DNA from: a virus
Lineage: Duplodnaviria; Caudoviricetes
IMG/VR virus record: IMGVR_UViG_3300009180_000129
Coordinates: 1-32,778 of that record
Length of the DNA stretch: 32,778 nucleotides
Direction: 5' to 3' (one strand)
Below, one piece after another: positions 9,301-21,400 of the stretch (the stretch's first letter is position 1; each line of letters begins with the position of its first letter). The notes beneath the pieces are model-generated. The model had not been told where the DNA came from, did not search any database, and saw nothing but the letters and a program-made list of their open reading frames with translations. A program made the translations under genes and the position numbers.

Positions 9301-12300
9301 CAGCGTTATCGGATATTAGTCTTAAGTCTTTGACATATGCAGTAGCACCACTTGTTGTTCCGATTATAACCGAGACTGGCACCAAATATCCAAAATATCT
9401 TGGATCTGTTTCATCTGCTAAAGAAAATGTATCTATATTTAAGATTGGTGTTGATGTACTGTAATTGGTAGGTAAAGATTCTTCTTTGGAATATGGATTT
9501 ATATCATAAGTAATTGTTGGAGCATCAAATGGACCAAATTTGTGATTTGGTTGTGCAACACGGAAAGATGCTATCAATCTTGCAGCATTATATACAATTA
9601 CCCTTTCACCAATAATGAAAGATGTTCCAGATGATCCTGGATTTATAAGTTCTATTTCCTGTGAAATTTCAATTAATTTTGGTATAAAATCTACCTTACT
9701 ATTATTATCAAAAAATTGATAGAATCTTTGTCCGGATTTTAGATTAGATGCTACAAATTGAGTATTTCTTGACCTGATATAAATTTCATTTGTTTGAGTG
9801 ACAAATGCAGTTTCTTCTGTTTGGGAAGTACTAGTATCACTAGATCTTGTATTTGCAGTTTGGGTCGTTGTATTACTACTTAAAGTTGTAAATGTATCTG
9901 CTACCGTAACAGTTCTTCCAGATAATCCAGTACCAGCACTTGATCTATTATCAACTCTGTCTAAATTAAATCTATTAGTTTCCGTAGTTATTTGGAGATT
10001 TAATGTGTTTGAATGAGTAAGAACTTTATTGTCTAATTGTATAGTTCTAATCCAAGTATCTCTCGCTGGAGTTAATGCTACTAATCCATTATAGTTTATA
10101 ACATTGAATGGGTTCACATTTTCAACTAATGTAGCAAATGGTTGTTGAATCCAATCTGTTTCTACATATGCCAATGTTACTACTAGACCAGTCTTTTGTA
10201 CTTTATTATCCAGTAATTGATAATTAGATTGGCGATCTAAACTTCCAATAGATAGAGACGCTGCAGGTACTAATTGACTCTGTAAGGTATTTCTAGAAAT
10301 TATTGGTGTTAATTGATTTGTTTGATTATTCACTTCACATAAAGAAGCATTTAAATCAATTAAATTTGTGGTTTTAAAATCATCAACAAAAAATCCTGTC
10401 TTAAATCTATTGAATCCATCAGCATCTTGAATTTGTAAAGATTGAATATTCAATTCTAACAACGAAAGGGAAGTGACTTTTTCAAGATTTTCAACCCTAT
10501 CTTCAATTTTTCCAATATCCTTCATTGTATATCTTCTATTATCAATTAAAGATATTTTTGCATCTTTAGGACTATAGAGATATGGTGGTAAATAAATTGT
10601 GGCTAATTCTAATACTTGTTGATTAATTAATGGTTCTTTTGGATTTCTTGAGGAAATTCCTTTTTGTACCACTAACGCCCCATACTTATCCAAATATAAT
10701 TTATCAGTTCTGCCAAGATAATAATCATATGATACTAGTGAACTTTCATTTGGTTTAAAAATAGTCGATATCGACAAACTTCGGGAAGAAAAATCAAAAG
10801 GTGATGAAGAAGATCCACTAAAATTTGCAACCCTGGGTCTAAAATCTAAAGTATCAGTTGCTCTTACTTGTCTTAATCCAATATATGGAATATCTCTTGC
10901 AAACCTATCTTTTTGATAACTAAGTACAGTAAATGCATCACCATTGTCGGTAGCAGAAACTACATAGTGATCAAATACTACTAACAATTGTCTTGCAGGT
11001 TCACTTTCACCCCTGTTTCTTATTAGTCTAGAATAATCATAATATTGATCTCTTTGACCTCTATCTAATTTAAAATTATTGGTAATATCCTTATATTTTC
11101 CAGAAATAATCATATCTATTTCTGCAATAATATTTGATTCTTCAAATAAAACCTCCTCATTTGCAAAAAATCTATTTGAATTCAAATAAACAATTTCTAA
11201 ATTATTTGGAGATGCCCCAGGTTTTGCAACTATTCTGGCAAGGGTATTACTAGTTCTTCCAATAATATTTTCCCCAATAATTGAATTTGCTGCTACATTA
11301 ACAATAGATGAAAATGAGAGTTGATCTAATTGTGGAACACCAACATCTAATGATTCATAAACTACTAATACTGATGAAACATCGGGATAATTTAGACAAA
11401 TTTCTTCATCCTGAACTCTTAATCCATAATATTGATTATAAGACAATCCATCATTAATAGATGAACTGATACCACTTCCTGATGAATTATATTTTGATAG
11501 ATTTACAATTAATTTATTGCTACGATTAAAAGTTTTTACCTTAGATTGAATTCCAGATTTAATAAAAGTTGCTTTAATTTTGTGTATAGTTTTATTTGAA
11601 ATTCCCGAAAATATAACCTGATTAGAACTTATTACAACTTCATTTCCAGTCAATGTTTCTATGGTGCCATCAGTATAATGAATAGAATATCTCTGCTCAT
11701 CGTATGCTTGGAAAGATGCTTGAGAAATACCTGCAGGAAGATTGAAATTTGAAGCAGATACTGTTAAAGTATTTCCACTAACAGTTGTAGAAATATTCGA
11801 TTCTGCGGAAAAACTTATATTTGAATTTGATAAATCTACAGCTGCAACGTTTGGATTTGGCAATTCGGTATACAGATATGCATCTTCTTGTTTAAGAATT
11901 GCAGAGTCTGCCATAAAAAGTGAAGATTTGGTCTCTGTAGATGGAAGACTACCGACACAAACGCCCGATACAGTAGGTATCGCCACAACATTCATTGAGA
12001 GGCCATCTGCAGAAACTGATGCTACCCTATTATAAGTCTCAGTAGAAAATCCAGTTACGCCATACCTAATAATTGAATTGGTAGAAATACCAGAAAATAA
12101 TTTATTTGGTGAAGTAATAGTTCCACCAACAGAAACCGTTATCTGATTATTAAGACTAAATCCATTTGGAATACTCTTATTTAAAACAGTATCCGCAGTA
12201 AATGTTGGGGATCCTGATTGATATACGGATTTAATATCTTTTGCACTATAAACTTTAATACTTTTTACACTTCTTACATATGATTCTACACCATTAATTA

Positions 12301-13846
12301 TCAATTGCTCATTAATAGAAAATGATCCGGAAGTTTGTCTCAATTTAATTCTAGTGGATCCTCCACCAGCAGATACTGCATATCCAGATGCTCCACTACT
12401 CTTACCAACAACATAAGAAGTTGCTGGTAATTCTGAATTGGATACTGCACTATTGAGTGTTATTTCAGTATAAGTTTGAATATCATAAAGATATAAATCC
12501 CAATTAGTAGTTCCACCTACATACGCTGCATCTGTTAAATTGAAAGAATATACCCTAGCATCACCAATCTTAACACCAGAATCACCCACTCTTCTATCAT
12601 ATAAATCAATTGTTTGATTTTGTACTGCACATCCAGAAACATTATTTACTCTAATAATATTTCCCATATTAAATGGAACTCCAAATCCCAAGACTTTTTC
12701 AGTATCTCTTGGTTTGACGACATCTATAACACTTGTCCCCGATTTCATAACATCATGACCTATAACATAGGCTTTTCCTGGGGAAACCTTAACACACATT
12801 AAATCATCTGTAGGATCATTATTTTCATTTGTTTTTTCCCCACTAAAAAATAGACCATCATTTCCAAGTCTATTGTTCAATGAATTATTCACACTAAGGG
12901 TGAATGGTTCTACAGTATAATTTCCAGATTCCTCAAAAGTTCTCTGTGCAATATAATCTTTTATTAAATTATATTCAGTTTTTGTTTCAAGTTTTTCAAT
13001 ATTACCACTCCTAACTCTTAAAAGTTCTACAAAATCCGTATCCGTACTATAATCGGATAATGGTTTTTTAGTTAATTCTAATATTATTGCAAATCTATCA
13101 GCTCCTGGGGCCGCATAATTATTAAATCCTTTAGCATTATCATATAATGTTTTATCATCTTTTGCTGAAATTATTTCTTCAATAATTTTTAATCCAACTC
13201 TATAAGATGGATAATTTGTATAATTATCTAAAATTATAGTTTGATTCAGAACTTTTACAAAACATCCTCTGACAAAATATACTCCATTCGAAATTGATAC
13301 TGAAGATCCCAATGCAGTAGCATTGTCGGAAATTAATGACGCAAAAACAGTCCTAGCATTAATTACTGTATTTCCATAGGTTACATTTTCAGTGCAAATT
13401 AAAGATTCTCCATTTATAAAAACTGATGTAGAAAAATCATCTCCAGATTCTAAGTATTTTACATATAGTGTTATGTACTCTACATTTCCATTATCAGGAA
13501 AACTTATATATTGGATAGTTGCCTTAATCCCCGAAGACTGCCCAATAATAGTTTTTCCAATAAATTGTTCAATATAGACTGAAATATCAATATTAAATGT
13601 TGTTGGATTTAATTTTACTGCATGAAATCTATTCTCATAAGTTACTCCTCCAGGAATAACTAAAGATCCCTCTTTAAATATATGACTACCAAATGATTCA
13701 ATTTGATTTTGTAAAATTGATTGGATTATATTTAATTCTCTCGACTGAATTGGTCGCCCCGGATTAAATAAGACTTTATAAAAGTCTTTATCAGCATCAA
13801 AGTCGTCAAAATAAGGACTTACATTAAGATTAGTTTTTTGTGCCAT
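6347..13846 (-). CDS. Large virion structural protein, VrlC-like / DUF4815-like
   Basis: 2499 aa. N-terminus MAQKTNLNVSPYFDDFD..KDFYKVLFNPGRPIQSRELN; APGADR; RTFEESGNY; RRYTMKDIGKIEDRVENLE; DPLAQTF; GSLFKSQNGSIW; ends DVRTIALA. Position after gp8 is typical of cyanomyoviruses. Confidence 0.88.
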   Translation of the reverse strand: MAQKTNLNVSPYFDDFDADKDFYKVLFNPGRPIQSRELNIIQSILQNQIESFGSHIFKEGSLVIPGGVTYENRFHAVKLNPTTFNIDISVYIEQFIGKTIIGQSSGIKATIQYISFPDNGNVEYITLYVKYLESGDDFSTSVFINGESLICTENVTYGNTVINARTVFASLISDNATALGSSVSISNGVYFVRGCFVKVLNQTIILDNYTNYPSYRVGLKIIEEIISAKDDKTLYDNAKGFNNYAAPGADRFAIILELTKKPLSDYSTDTDFVELLRVRSGNIEKLETKTEYNLIKDYIAQRTFEESGNYTVEPFTLSVNNSLNNRLGNDGLFFSGEKTNENNDPTDDLMCVKVSPGKAYVIGHDVMKSGTSVIDVVKPRDTEKVLGFGVPFNMGNIIRVNNVSGCAVQNQTIDLYDRRVGDSGVKIGDARVYSFNLTDAAYVGGTTNWDLYLYDIQTYTEITLNSAVSNSELPATSYVVGKSSGASGYAVSAGGGSTRIKLRQTSGSFSINEQLIINGVESYVRSVKSIKVYSAKDIKSVYQSGSPTFTADTVLNKSIPNGFSLNNQITVSVGGTITSPNKLFSGISTNSIIRYGVTGFSTETYNRVASVSADGLSMNVVAIPTVSGVCVGSLPSTETKSSLFMADSAILKQEDAYLYTELPNPNVAAVDLSNSNISFSAESNISTTVSGNTLTVSASNFNLPAGISQASFQAYDEQRYSIHYTDGTIETLTGNEVVISSNQVIFSGISNKTIHKIKATFIKSGIQSKVKTFNRSNKLIVNLSKYNSSGSGISSSINDGLSYNQYYGLRVQDEEICLNYPDVSSVLVVYESLDVGVPQLDQLSFSSIVNVAANSIIGENIIGRTSNTLARIVAKPGASPNNLEIVYLNSNRFFANEEVLFEESNIIAEIDMIISGKYKDITNNFKLDRGQRDQYYDYSRLIRNRGESEPARQLLVVFDHYVVSATDNGDAFTVLSYQKDRFARDIPYIGLRQVRATDTLDFRPRVANFSGSSSSPFDFSSRSLSISTIFKPNESSLVSYDYYLGRTDKLYLDKYGALVVQKGISSRNPKEPLINQQVLELATIYLPPYLYSPKDAKISLIDNRRYTMKDIGKIEDRVENLEKVTSLSLLELNIQSLQIQDADGFNRFKTGFFVDDFKTTNLIDLNASLCEVNNQTNQLTPIISRNTLQSQLVPAASLSIGSLDRQSNYQLLDNKVQKTGLVVTLAYVETDWIQQPFATLVENVNPFNVINYNGLVALTPARDTWIRTIQLDNKVLTHSNTLNLQITTETNRFNLDRVDNRSSAGTGLSGRTVTVADTFTTLSSNTTTQTANTRSSDTSTSQTEETAFVTQTNEIYIRSRNTQFVASNLKSGQRFYQFFDNNSKVDFIPKLIEISQEIELINPGSSGTSFIIGERVIVYNAARLIASFRVAQPNHKFGPFDAPTITYDINPYSKEESLPTNYSTSTPILNIDTFSLADETDPRYFGYLVPVSVIIGTTSGATAYVKDLRLISDNAGDLIGSFFLRDPNTNPPPTVRITTGNKTYRLTSSPTDETQLLGSTDISSAQVNYLSEGTTQMYQDIVRRNVITANLDHTQIINTTTLTETTQTAVSQFELPPEELNFITNITQDITNVTNVTNVTNVTNIIQQQAQRHTDPLAQTFTVGVSIDAVANQSFTEDINGVYLTSVDLYFRNKSTNNKSITVQIRTVELGTPTLMAVGGVVLSPSQINISEDASVPTRCTFPNPLFLPPGNEYALVLLAPESDEYEVWIAEMGQKTINTAELPDAESVRYTTQFAVGSLFKSQNGSIWTANQYQDLKFKLYKAAFTQSSGTVFFQNPDLGRGNNYIKRLFANPLTTYPRKLKVGITTTYNSNLISQLTTGRKVGENLKTYNYGYVVGTGSSASSLSLTTGGKGYVTDTLVSTYNITGQGSGLTLNISASSGVITGTPTIVSPGNGYAVGDIVGILTSTVSSNTGEGASITITGNSNSIDTLYLNNVQGNQFGDGSFLSYFDNSGNRVTLGSTYIRGNSVPYGSNYGGNYIKVNHFNHGMYANNNRVTISDARSNVAPVPLISGLASSDVLINVSIADTANFRIFEGIPVSAVNPGYLQINNEIIEYTSVGVGIIENLTRGVDSTIPINHITNDLIYKYEVNGVSLRRINTTHDISDYGLDIDSYHIQVSLNGNDVDGGVATLGPDRSVDGLIDGSGDNAPRLGFNLESTCGGTSTFASENIIFNSVIPMYQIIAPSGTTGVSAQIRTVSGTSASGTETSFIDQGYEDVELNAENVLNSSRIVCSTANENEFLSSMPRNKSFLTAITLTTNNWNVSPMIFLDTTFTEFISGRLNQPISNYSTDKRSSSLTDDPHAAIYVSNTIRLSQQSNTLKVFVAAYRHSSADFRVLYSLIRPDSSEIEQAYELFPGYDNLTIDNNQDGYLDVVDPSRNSGLPDIAVPSSLQNQFLEYQYTASNIGPFTGYKIKIVMSGTDQARYPRLKDVRTIALA
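8915..8958. repeat. Perfect 9-bp tandem repeat (GTTTGTAAC x4.9) encoding TNV repeats
   Basis: Four exact copies plus 8/9 of a fifth, in frame within the VrlC-like gene (ITNVTNVTNVTNVTNII). Confidence 0.95.
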
Positions 13847-13849
13847 TTT

Positions 13850-15436
13850 TTAAAATTCCAGGATGATTTTAACGTCTTCTTTTTGTCTTAAATTTCTTGA
13901 TACCAATGGTCTATTATCAATATAGATAATATCGCCTGATGTTTTATTTATCTCTGGATTGGCAAGACCATATTGAAATTCCACTCCCAAATTTATAATT
14001 TTATTACTACCTGGCGGAATGGTTGTAATTCCACTGAATCCAGAATCTATTGAGCAACTAAATCCACTAGTAGAAACTACGCTACCCGCACTGAAAGAAA
14101 ATTCGATATTTTCATTAGCATTTGTACTTACATTGATATAATCCGTCTGATCATACAATGCCGGATTATAATATAATGATCTATCTTTGAAGTATTTTAA
14201 AACCTTTGTCTCACTATCATATGAAGCAACGTATCCAACTGCAGTATCTCCACTAATATTTTGAGAAATTTTTTCCCCAATTACTGGAACACTAGATCCA
14301 CTAGGGATAACTTTCATAGCATATAGACTAGAATACTGGGGATCGGTAAAAGATTCTGTAGAAATAAATCTGGTTGGATTTCTAACAATTCCAATCTGTG
14401 CAAATTTCGTATCAACTGGATAATCTTTTGTAGAATCATCAAATCTTACATAGATTAAAATTTTATCCGCACCAAGTTCTTTATACAAATCAAACCCATG
14501 CCCTCTTGATGGTGGGATAATTGGAATCAACTTTGCTGGATATGGTATAGTTCCTGCTGGTTGTAGAGGACCCAAATCTACAATTCCATAAGTGTATCCT
14601 TTTCCACCAGAAGTAACAATAGTATCTGTAATTTCTCCGCTTTCATTTACATAAACATATACTCTTCCTCCAGTTCCATCACCTAAGATATCCACTTCGC
14701 CAGAATTATAATTCTGCCCTTTATCTTGAATATATACTTTTTTAATCTGATTCTCATTAATTGTAGAATCGCCATTCTCTCTTACGGCAACAATTTGTGG
14801 GTTAGTTGATGTTTTCCATTCATTTGGAAGAGTAATATATTCCGTTGAATCAAACTTTACAATATCACTTGGTGATATTGTAAAAAGATACTTCCAAATA
14901 TATCCATCGGTACTTTCTCCTGCTCTGGATGGTTCCAGATCTGTAAAAAGTGGTTGATCTTGAGATTGATTTCCTGTAGTATTAATTCCAGATGAACCAT
15001 TATCAATACAAATATAAACTTGATAGTTTGAATTTATTACATAATAATTTGTATCATAAAGTCTTGAAGAATTTGTAACCGGAGATGGGGAAACAATGCT
15101 GTAATCATGGCGATACATGTCATATTTATTTCCAGATGTCCATTCTATCTTTCTTATCGCTCTTCTTATATTTGAATTCGTAATTTTTTTACCAAATAAT
15201 GACGTATCCCCATAATGTGGAAGATAATCTTGATTATCGATTGGATTTGGAATTGTAGCTAAGTTTGGATCAGGAATATCCAATCTATCCCAGTTTTCAT
15301 TTCTACCAAATCCATCATTTATTTGTGGATTTGGTAGTCCAACAAATACATAATAAGAATTTTCACCGCTTTCAATAGAATTTATAAAATTACTAGCGTT
15401 TAAAATTCTAAATTGATCTGTTACAAGTGCAGTCAT
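13850..15436 (-). CDS. gp8: Baseplate wedge subunit (T4 gp8-like)
   Basis: MTALVTDQFRILNA; WTSGNKYDMYRHDY; VYICIDNG; DGYIWKYLFTI; PPSRGHG..ELGA; C-terminal GDIIYIDNRPLVSRNLRQKEDVKIILEF. Confidence 0.93.
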   Translation of the reverse strand: MTALVTDQFRILNASNFINSIESGENSYYVFVGLPNPQINDGFGRNENWDRLDIPDPNLATIPNPIDNQDYLPHYGDTSLFGKKITNSNIRRAIRKIEWTSGNKYDMYRHDYSIVSPSPVTNSSRLYDTNYYVINSNYQVYICIDNGSSGINTTGNQSQDQPLFTDLEPSRAGESTDGYIWKYLFTISPSDIVKFDSTEYITLPNEWKTSTNPQIVAVRENGDSTINENQIKKVYIQDKGQNYNSGEVDILGDGTGGRVYVYVNESGEITDTIVTSGGKGYTYGIVDLGPLQPAGTIPYPAKLIPIIPPSRGHGFDLYKELGADKILIYVRFDDSTKDYPVDTKFAQIGIVRNPTRFISTESFTDPQYSSLYAMKVIPSGSSVPVIGEKISQNISGDTAVGYVASYDSETKVLKYFKDRSLYYNPALYDQTDYINVSTNANENIEFSFSAGSVVSTSGFSCSIDSGFSGITTIPPGSNKIINLGVEFQYGLANPEINKTSGDIIYIDNRPLVSRNLRQKEDVKIILEF

Positions 15437-15453
15437 ATATTGGGTTTTTTTTA

Positions 15454-15461
15454 TATTTATA
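15454..15461 (-). promoter_or_regulatory. T4 late promoter consensus TATAAATA for gp8
   Basis: Exact TATAAATA on the minus strand, overlapping the gp7 stop codon and ending 17 nt before the gp8 ATG. Confidence 0.7.
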
Positions 15462-18400
15462 ATCCCATCACACGTTTTTTCAAAGATCCAGTATTTCTTA
15501 ATCCATACCCTCTTCTTTGAACACTTGCAAAAGTTGTTAATCCAACATCTAGTGTCTTTCCAGTAACTGCTATTGATATATTATTTGTTCTTTGAAATCC
15601 ACCTAACTTACCCCAGGAGAATCTACCAACAGGATAATTATTAGTTCCAGTTGTAGCAATGCCAACTATAGAAGTATTTGAACGAATATTGCAAGTAATA
15701 ATACCTAAAGTCGTATCAATAGCATCTACATAATAGATATTATCCAAACAGATTGTTCCTATTCCAATTACACTTGAATTACTAGTGTATACAGATGTTA
15801 CTCCATTACCAACTCTGGTATTATTGATATAAATCGGATATCCAACTTGAAGGTCTGTATATAATGGAGGATTTCTGAATATTGTAAACTTGAGAGCCAA
15901 ACTTGCTCCATTAAGTCCAGGAGCAGTTGCAATACCTGTGATAACACCATCAAATCCTCTAACAATTGATACATTTGTTAGTAATTCGATATTTGTTGAA
16001 GTAGATGGAGATGGTACAATAATTTTAGGGGGTGAATCCGATTCATATCCCAATCCAGGATTTGTAATTGTAATTGGGGATGTCAATCTCCCATTTGTTA
16101 TTTTAATCTTTGCTGTAGCAGTTGTTCCAATACCAACTCCAATCGATTGGGGAGGTGAAATTTTTATAGAAACTTCTGTTCCAATATATCCACCACCAGA
16201 TTGTACAATAGTTAATGACCCAACTATTCCATCTATTGTCACATTGGCAGTTACTTCTGCCGGAATAAATGTATTTTCGTCATTAACTATTAAACAATCA
16301 AAAGTACTTACTGGAGATTCATCTTCATAATCAAAAAACTGAGAATTATCTAGATATAATTCAGTATCAGATGATGAGAAGTTTTTGATAATTTTTGCAG
16401 TAGGATAAATTTGAGATTCGATAGAATCTCTTGATTTGGGAACAACAGTCTCATTAATTAAATAATCTCTTTTTTGCTTCGTCCAATATATCGGTTTAAA
16501 ATTAGTTCCATCAATACCTTTGCCAGTATATGTATTAGTTTCTAATCTATCTGAACCAATGATATCATATACAATTCTATTATCTTGAGTTATTGTTCCT
16601 GAAATATTATTATTACTATTGATTTGGAGCGTATCTCCTTGCTGAATTAGTTCATTAACACTAACTCTCACACTATCCTCATTCCTAGTTCCAGTATAGA
16701 AGAAAATTGACACCTCATCTTCTGCTTTTGGTGGAGTAGTAAAGGTAAATGATGTGCCCCCACTAAAATTATATGCAGATTTTGGATCTTGGAGAATTCC
16801 ATTAATGTAAATTACCAATAGAGAATCGAAATCAATTAAACTAGAATCTGGATCATCTCTATTTGCTTCAAAACTTAAAAGTTCAGAATTGTAATAAAGT
16901 GGAAATCTTGTTCTTATTCCATCTTGTAGTCTTCGAATTGAATCAATATAATTCATTTCTCCAAACTGAATAGCAGCAAATGTATCATTAAATACTTCAA
17001 GAACCGTCAATTTGAAAGGTTCTATTGGAGAATTTAAAGATCTTGCAGTAACAAGACCTGCTACAGTAAATTCATCACCAATTTTAAAACTATACCCAGG
17101 TCTTGTTATTTTAAATGAACTAACTTCAAATAAAGTTGATCCAATTCCAACTCTATTACTTGGACCAATTTCCAAATTCATTAGTAAACCAACACCAGTA
17201 GTAGTAGTTGCTCCAATTCCTAATCTTGAAATTCCAACTACAGGCATATTCTCATAACTTGGAGATGGGGCAATGATTGATGGTCTTACGTATCCAGTTC
17301 CACCATTAACAATATTAAGACGCAAGGTTCCACCTACACCTACAGTTGCTGTTATTGTTGCTGCAGCACCAGTATGATTCTCATCCATCACTCTAATAGA
17401 AATTGGTGCCCTATAACCAGATCCAAAATTACCTGTCGTACCAAATCCAACAATAGATCCACTTCCATTTAAAATAGCAGTAACTGAAAGCCCAACAAGA
17501 GGTGCATAACCAAGACCTGAAGTGGATCCAAGAGAAACAATCAATCCACCTCTAGGCAATTCATTTTGATTTTGATCTGATTGTGAAATAATTAGACTTC
17601 CATTAGAACTAGTAATTCCAGTAAATCTTACACTAGTAATTCCTGTACTATTATTTTCAATAATTTCAAAATTGCTAAAGGTAGCATTTTCTGTAGTTGG
17701 AGTTTGGAATATTCCATTAACAAACAACAATCCATTTCCTGCAGTAGTTCCAAGACCAACTGTGTTGATACCAGTAGTCGTCAATGTAAATATATTATCA
17801 ATTCCATTAAATTTATCCGAAATATCATCATATACGGTATTTGTATTATAATTCTTTCTTAAAAACACTCTGCCATTAAATTTTGCCCTTTCTCTAACCA
17901 AGTTACTGTTATCAAGTCCGACCAAATCAAATATATTTCCTCTTGGAGGATTTGTAAAGAATATTTCATTACCTACAATATTATACGCACCCTTATAAAT
18001 TCTTGCTTTACTTCCGTTTAAATGGGAAGATGAGGCAGTTCCACAAAATCCCCTTATAACTTGTACTAATGGAACATTACCAGTAAAAGTAATTGGACCA
18101 ATACTAGTAGTTCCAAATCCAACATTTATAACTTTCATATATTCATCATCAACTTTAATAACATTTTCAATAGTTACAGTACCAATTCCACTTAATGCAA
18201 CAATACTGTTACCAATACCAATTCCGCCACCAGGATTTCCTACTAGAGTCTGCAAATTTGAAGTATAACTTAATGGATATTGTGCTAGATTAGCTATTGT
18301 AATAAATGATTTTTCATTCTTTTTGGACATTTCAAGTTCATGTGCATTACCTTCACCAAAAGATCTGAATGTTACATAAATTCCAGCATTAGCATATTCT

Positions 18401-21400
18401 TTTCTTGTTGCAAGTCTAAATCTAGAATTATCAATCTTGATTGGATACACTATTGATGGTAATAAATTGGTGGTAATACCCAAATAGTTTGCTGTCAATC
18501 CAATTCCGATTGCAGATGTTCCTACGCCAACAAAGGTAGATTTTGGTCTGTATATTAATTCTTCTCCTGTACTGAAGAAGTGATTATCAATTCTAAATGT
18601 ATGAGTTGTTAGATCTAATGTGGTAGTATCTTCAGGGTCAAAAGTTTTTTTGAAAATTGGAGTTCCATTATAATTCAAATCAAAATTTAATCTATCAACT
18701 CTCAATGAATTTAATCCATAGTACTTAGCAATACTTAATGATTCACTAATTGGGGAGTATAATAACTTAGGTGGTACATTTACTTCATCAAGATTTGTAT
18801 AAAAAGCTTCAGTAAATGTTAATATTTCAAGATTTTGACCGGCAGTAGTGGAATCTGGATAAAATCTCAATTTTAATGCACTTCCAGAAAAATATCCACC
18901 AAATGAACCAATTCCAGATGTACTGCCAATAGAAAGGAATGGATATTGTGTTGTATACACATCAGTTCCATCATGAATCATTAAAATCTGATGCAATGCA
19001 ATTGTTTTACCATAACCTACCTTTACTGTAGATTTAAGTGATGAGAATCTTGTACTATCGAAAGAAATAATATCAGTAGATGTTGAACTTCTAGTATATG
19101 ATGATTCATATAATGCCGTAGATTCTGTCCCATTCCTTTGTCTGGGAAATTTAAATCTATATGTACCGATTCCAACTGCAGTAGATCCAAATCCTACAGT
19201 TTTACTGCTATATCTAACTCTTCCCGTTTTTCCTGGTAAAATGGAATTTGTATTTGAGAAATTTAAAGATATTATTCCATTAGATAACTGTGGAGAAAAT
19301 GATCCAATATAATTACCAATATTAGAATTTGAATCATCAAAATGAAATTCACTATAATAAACATCTGTTCCATCATGTGCAACATAAAAATCAACATAAT
19401 CCATCTTATTGGTATCAACATCAATTAATTCAACACTGGTGAAAAAAGAATTGACTTTAGATGCTTGGAAAGCAACAACTGCTGTCGTTCCAACACCAAC
19501 TAGTTTATTCGAGGCAGTTAAATTTGTTAATCCAACAGAAAAGGTAGAAATTCCGGATTGTGGAGTATTGAATTCAGTTTTTAAAATTTTGATATCATAA
19601 TCAGAATCGTATATATCTTCCGGAACAAATCGAAGATAGAAAGTATTAAAACTATCAATAACTCCATTGACTTCTGCAATTGGAGTGTATTTATTTGATA
19701 ATAAACCCTTAACAAGTGTATATACATTCTGATTATCATTAATTACAACAACTTCCATCAATTGAATCTCAGGATTACTGGTAGTAACTTTTCTAATTTG
19801 AAGTAATGCTTTAGTTAATCTTTTTGTTACATCTAGAGGCAAAATAATGGAAAAGGTTAAATCTTTTTCATCTTCAACACTAGAGAATAGGGGACTAATA
19901 TTATCAATTTGCAAAACTCTATTGGTATTGCATTGGATATAATCGGATAATTTAATATTTTTAAATTTAATAATTTGTGTTGCATCCGAAAGAGGATCAA
20001 TATCAATACCAAAATCTATATTATTAATGGTAGTAACATTGGATTCTTGAATATAATCTACAATTGCTGAAACTATAGGATCAGACGCTGTTGCAAGTCC
20101 AGATTGGGCATTTTTTGTTATTTGTTTGTCAGCAAAATTTTTAGTTCCTATTGTATGAACTAAATTGTTTACTGGAGTTACAATTTCTTCCCATTCTCTT
20201 GTACTTTTAATTGTATATGAAAGATTTTGATAATAGTTATTGTCTGGAATTACTTGAGTATCTTCACCTATTTTTCCACTATCATCTCTCCATCCAATAT
20301 TTTGTCTATTGGAATAATCAACAATAAAGTTTCCGCGAATAATATCAACTTTATTTACAGTTCCAATAGTAAATGATGATGAACCTTTAATTATTTCATT
20401 TGGTGATAAATTATAATTTCCGGATAATCTAACACAATTTCCATTTGATCCAGTTACAATTAAATCAGTTTCTTCAAATCCAAATCCATTATCGGAAATA
20501 ATTTTTTCACCGATAAAAAATGTCGATAATTTTTGATCAACAGAAAATTGTGGATAATTTTCATATTTAATAAAACTTGCAAATGAGTCTTGGACGGTTT
20601 TAGCAATTCCTGGATTACCATACAAAGTTGGTATTTTAAATTCAAATTTTCCTGGATTTGAATTAAAATAATATGTGGTAACATCAAAGAATTGATATCC
20701 ATGATTTTCTGAGTTAAATCCTAATCCATCAACATAATTTGTAATTCCCTCAATATAAACTTTATCCCCTGCTACCAAGGGATCAGTAGAAAATCCTACA
20801 ATTGGAGTACTAATATAGCAAGTTGCTACTCCAGATGTTGAGGTTTCTATCTCATAAATTCTAATCCCATTACTATTATTTGTTGTTCTTAAAGTTACTT
20901 TTTTAAAAGGCAATCCTTTAGGAATTTTATCAATAATAATAGATGAGATTGTACTTCCATTCAATTTACATCTAATTACTCCAGAATCTATTTTTTCACC
21001 AGTGTCGGAATTTACCACTACCAAATTTGGTTCTGTCGAATAATTTTTTCCACCATTAATAATTTCTACACTTGAAAGGAAACTTGAAGATTCAAGTGTA
21101 ACTACTTTAGGAATAAGGGCTTCTGGACTTAGAGTTTTATCTGAAGAATATTCAAAACCTTCATTTATAATTCTTATTTGATTCTTTCTTCCAGTTGAAC
21201 TTGATCTTGGAATAATATACGCCCCATCACCACTTAGTGATTTTGTACCAATATATACTGGCAATTCCTTATAATTGAATCCACTTGATATTATTGATAC
21301 CTTATCTATTCCACCAGCGGCAGTTTTTGATGTTGTAGAATATTTTAAAATATCACATTCTGCTTTAGTATATGATAATTTTTCTGGAAAATTATTTAAC

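Noticed and set aside
15442-15452. GGG followed by a T8 tract as an intrinsic terminator
   Set aside because: The T-run is on the non-coding strand with no preceding stem; on the mRNA it is an A-rich leader for gp8.
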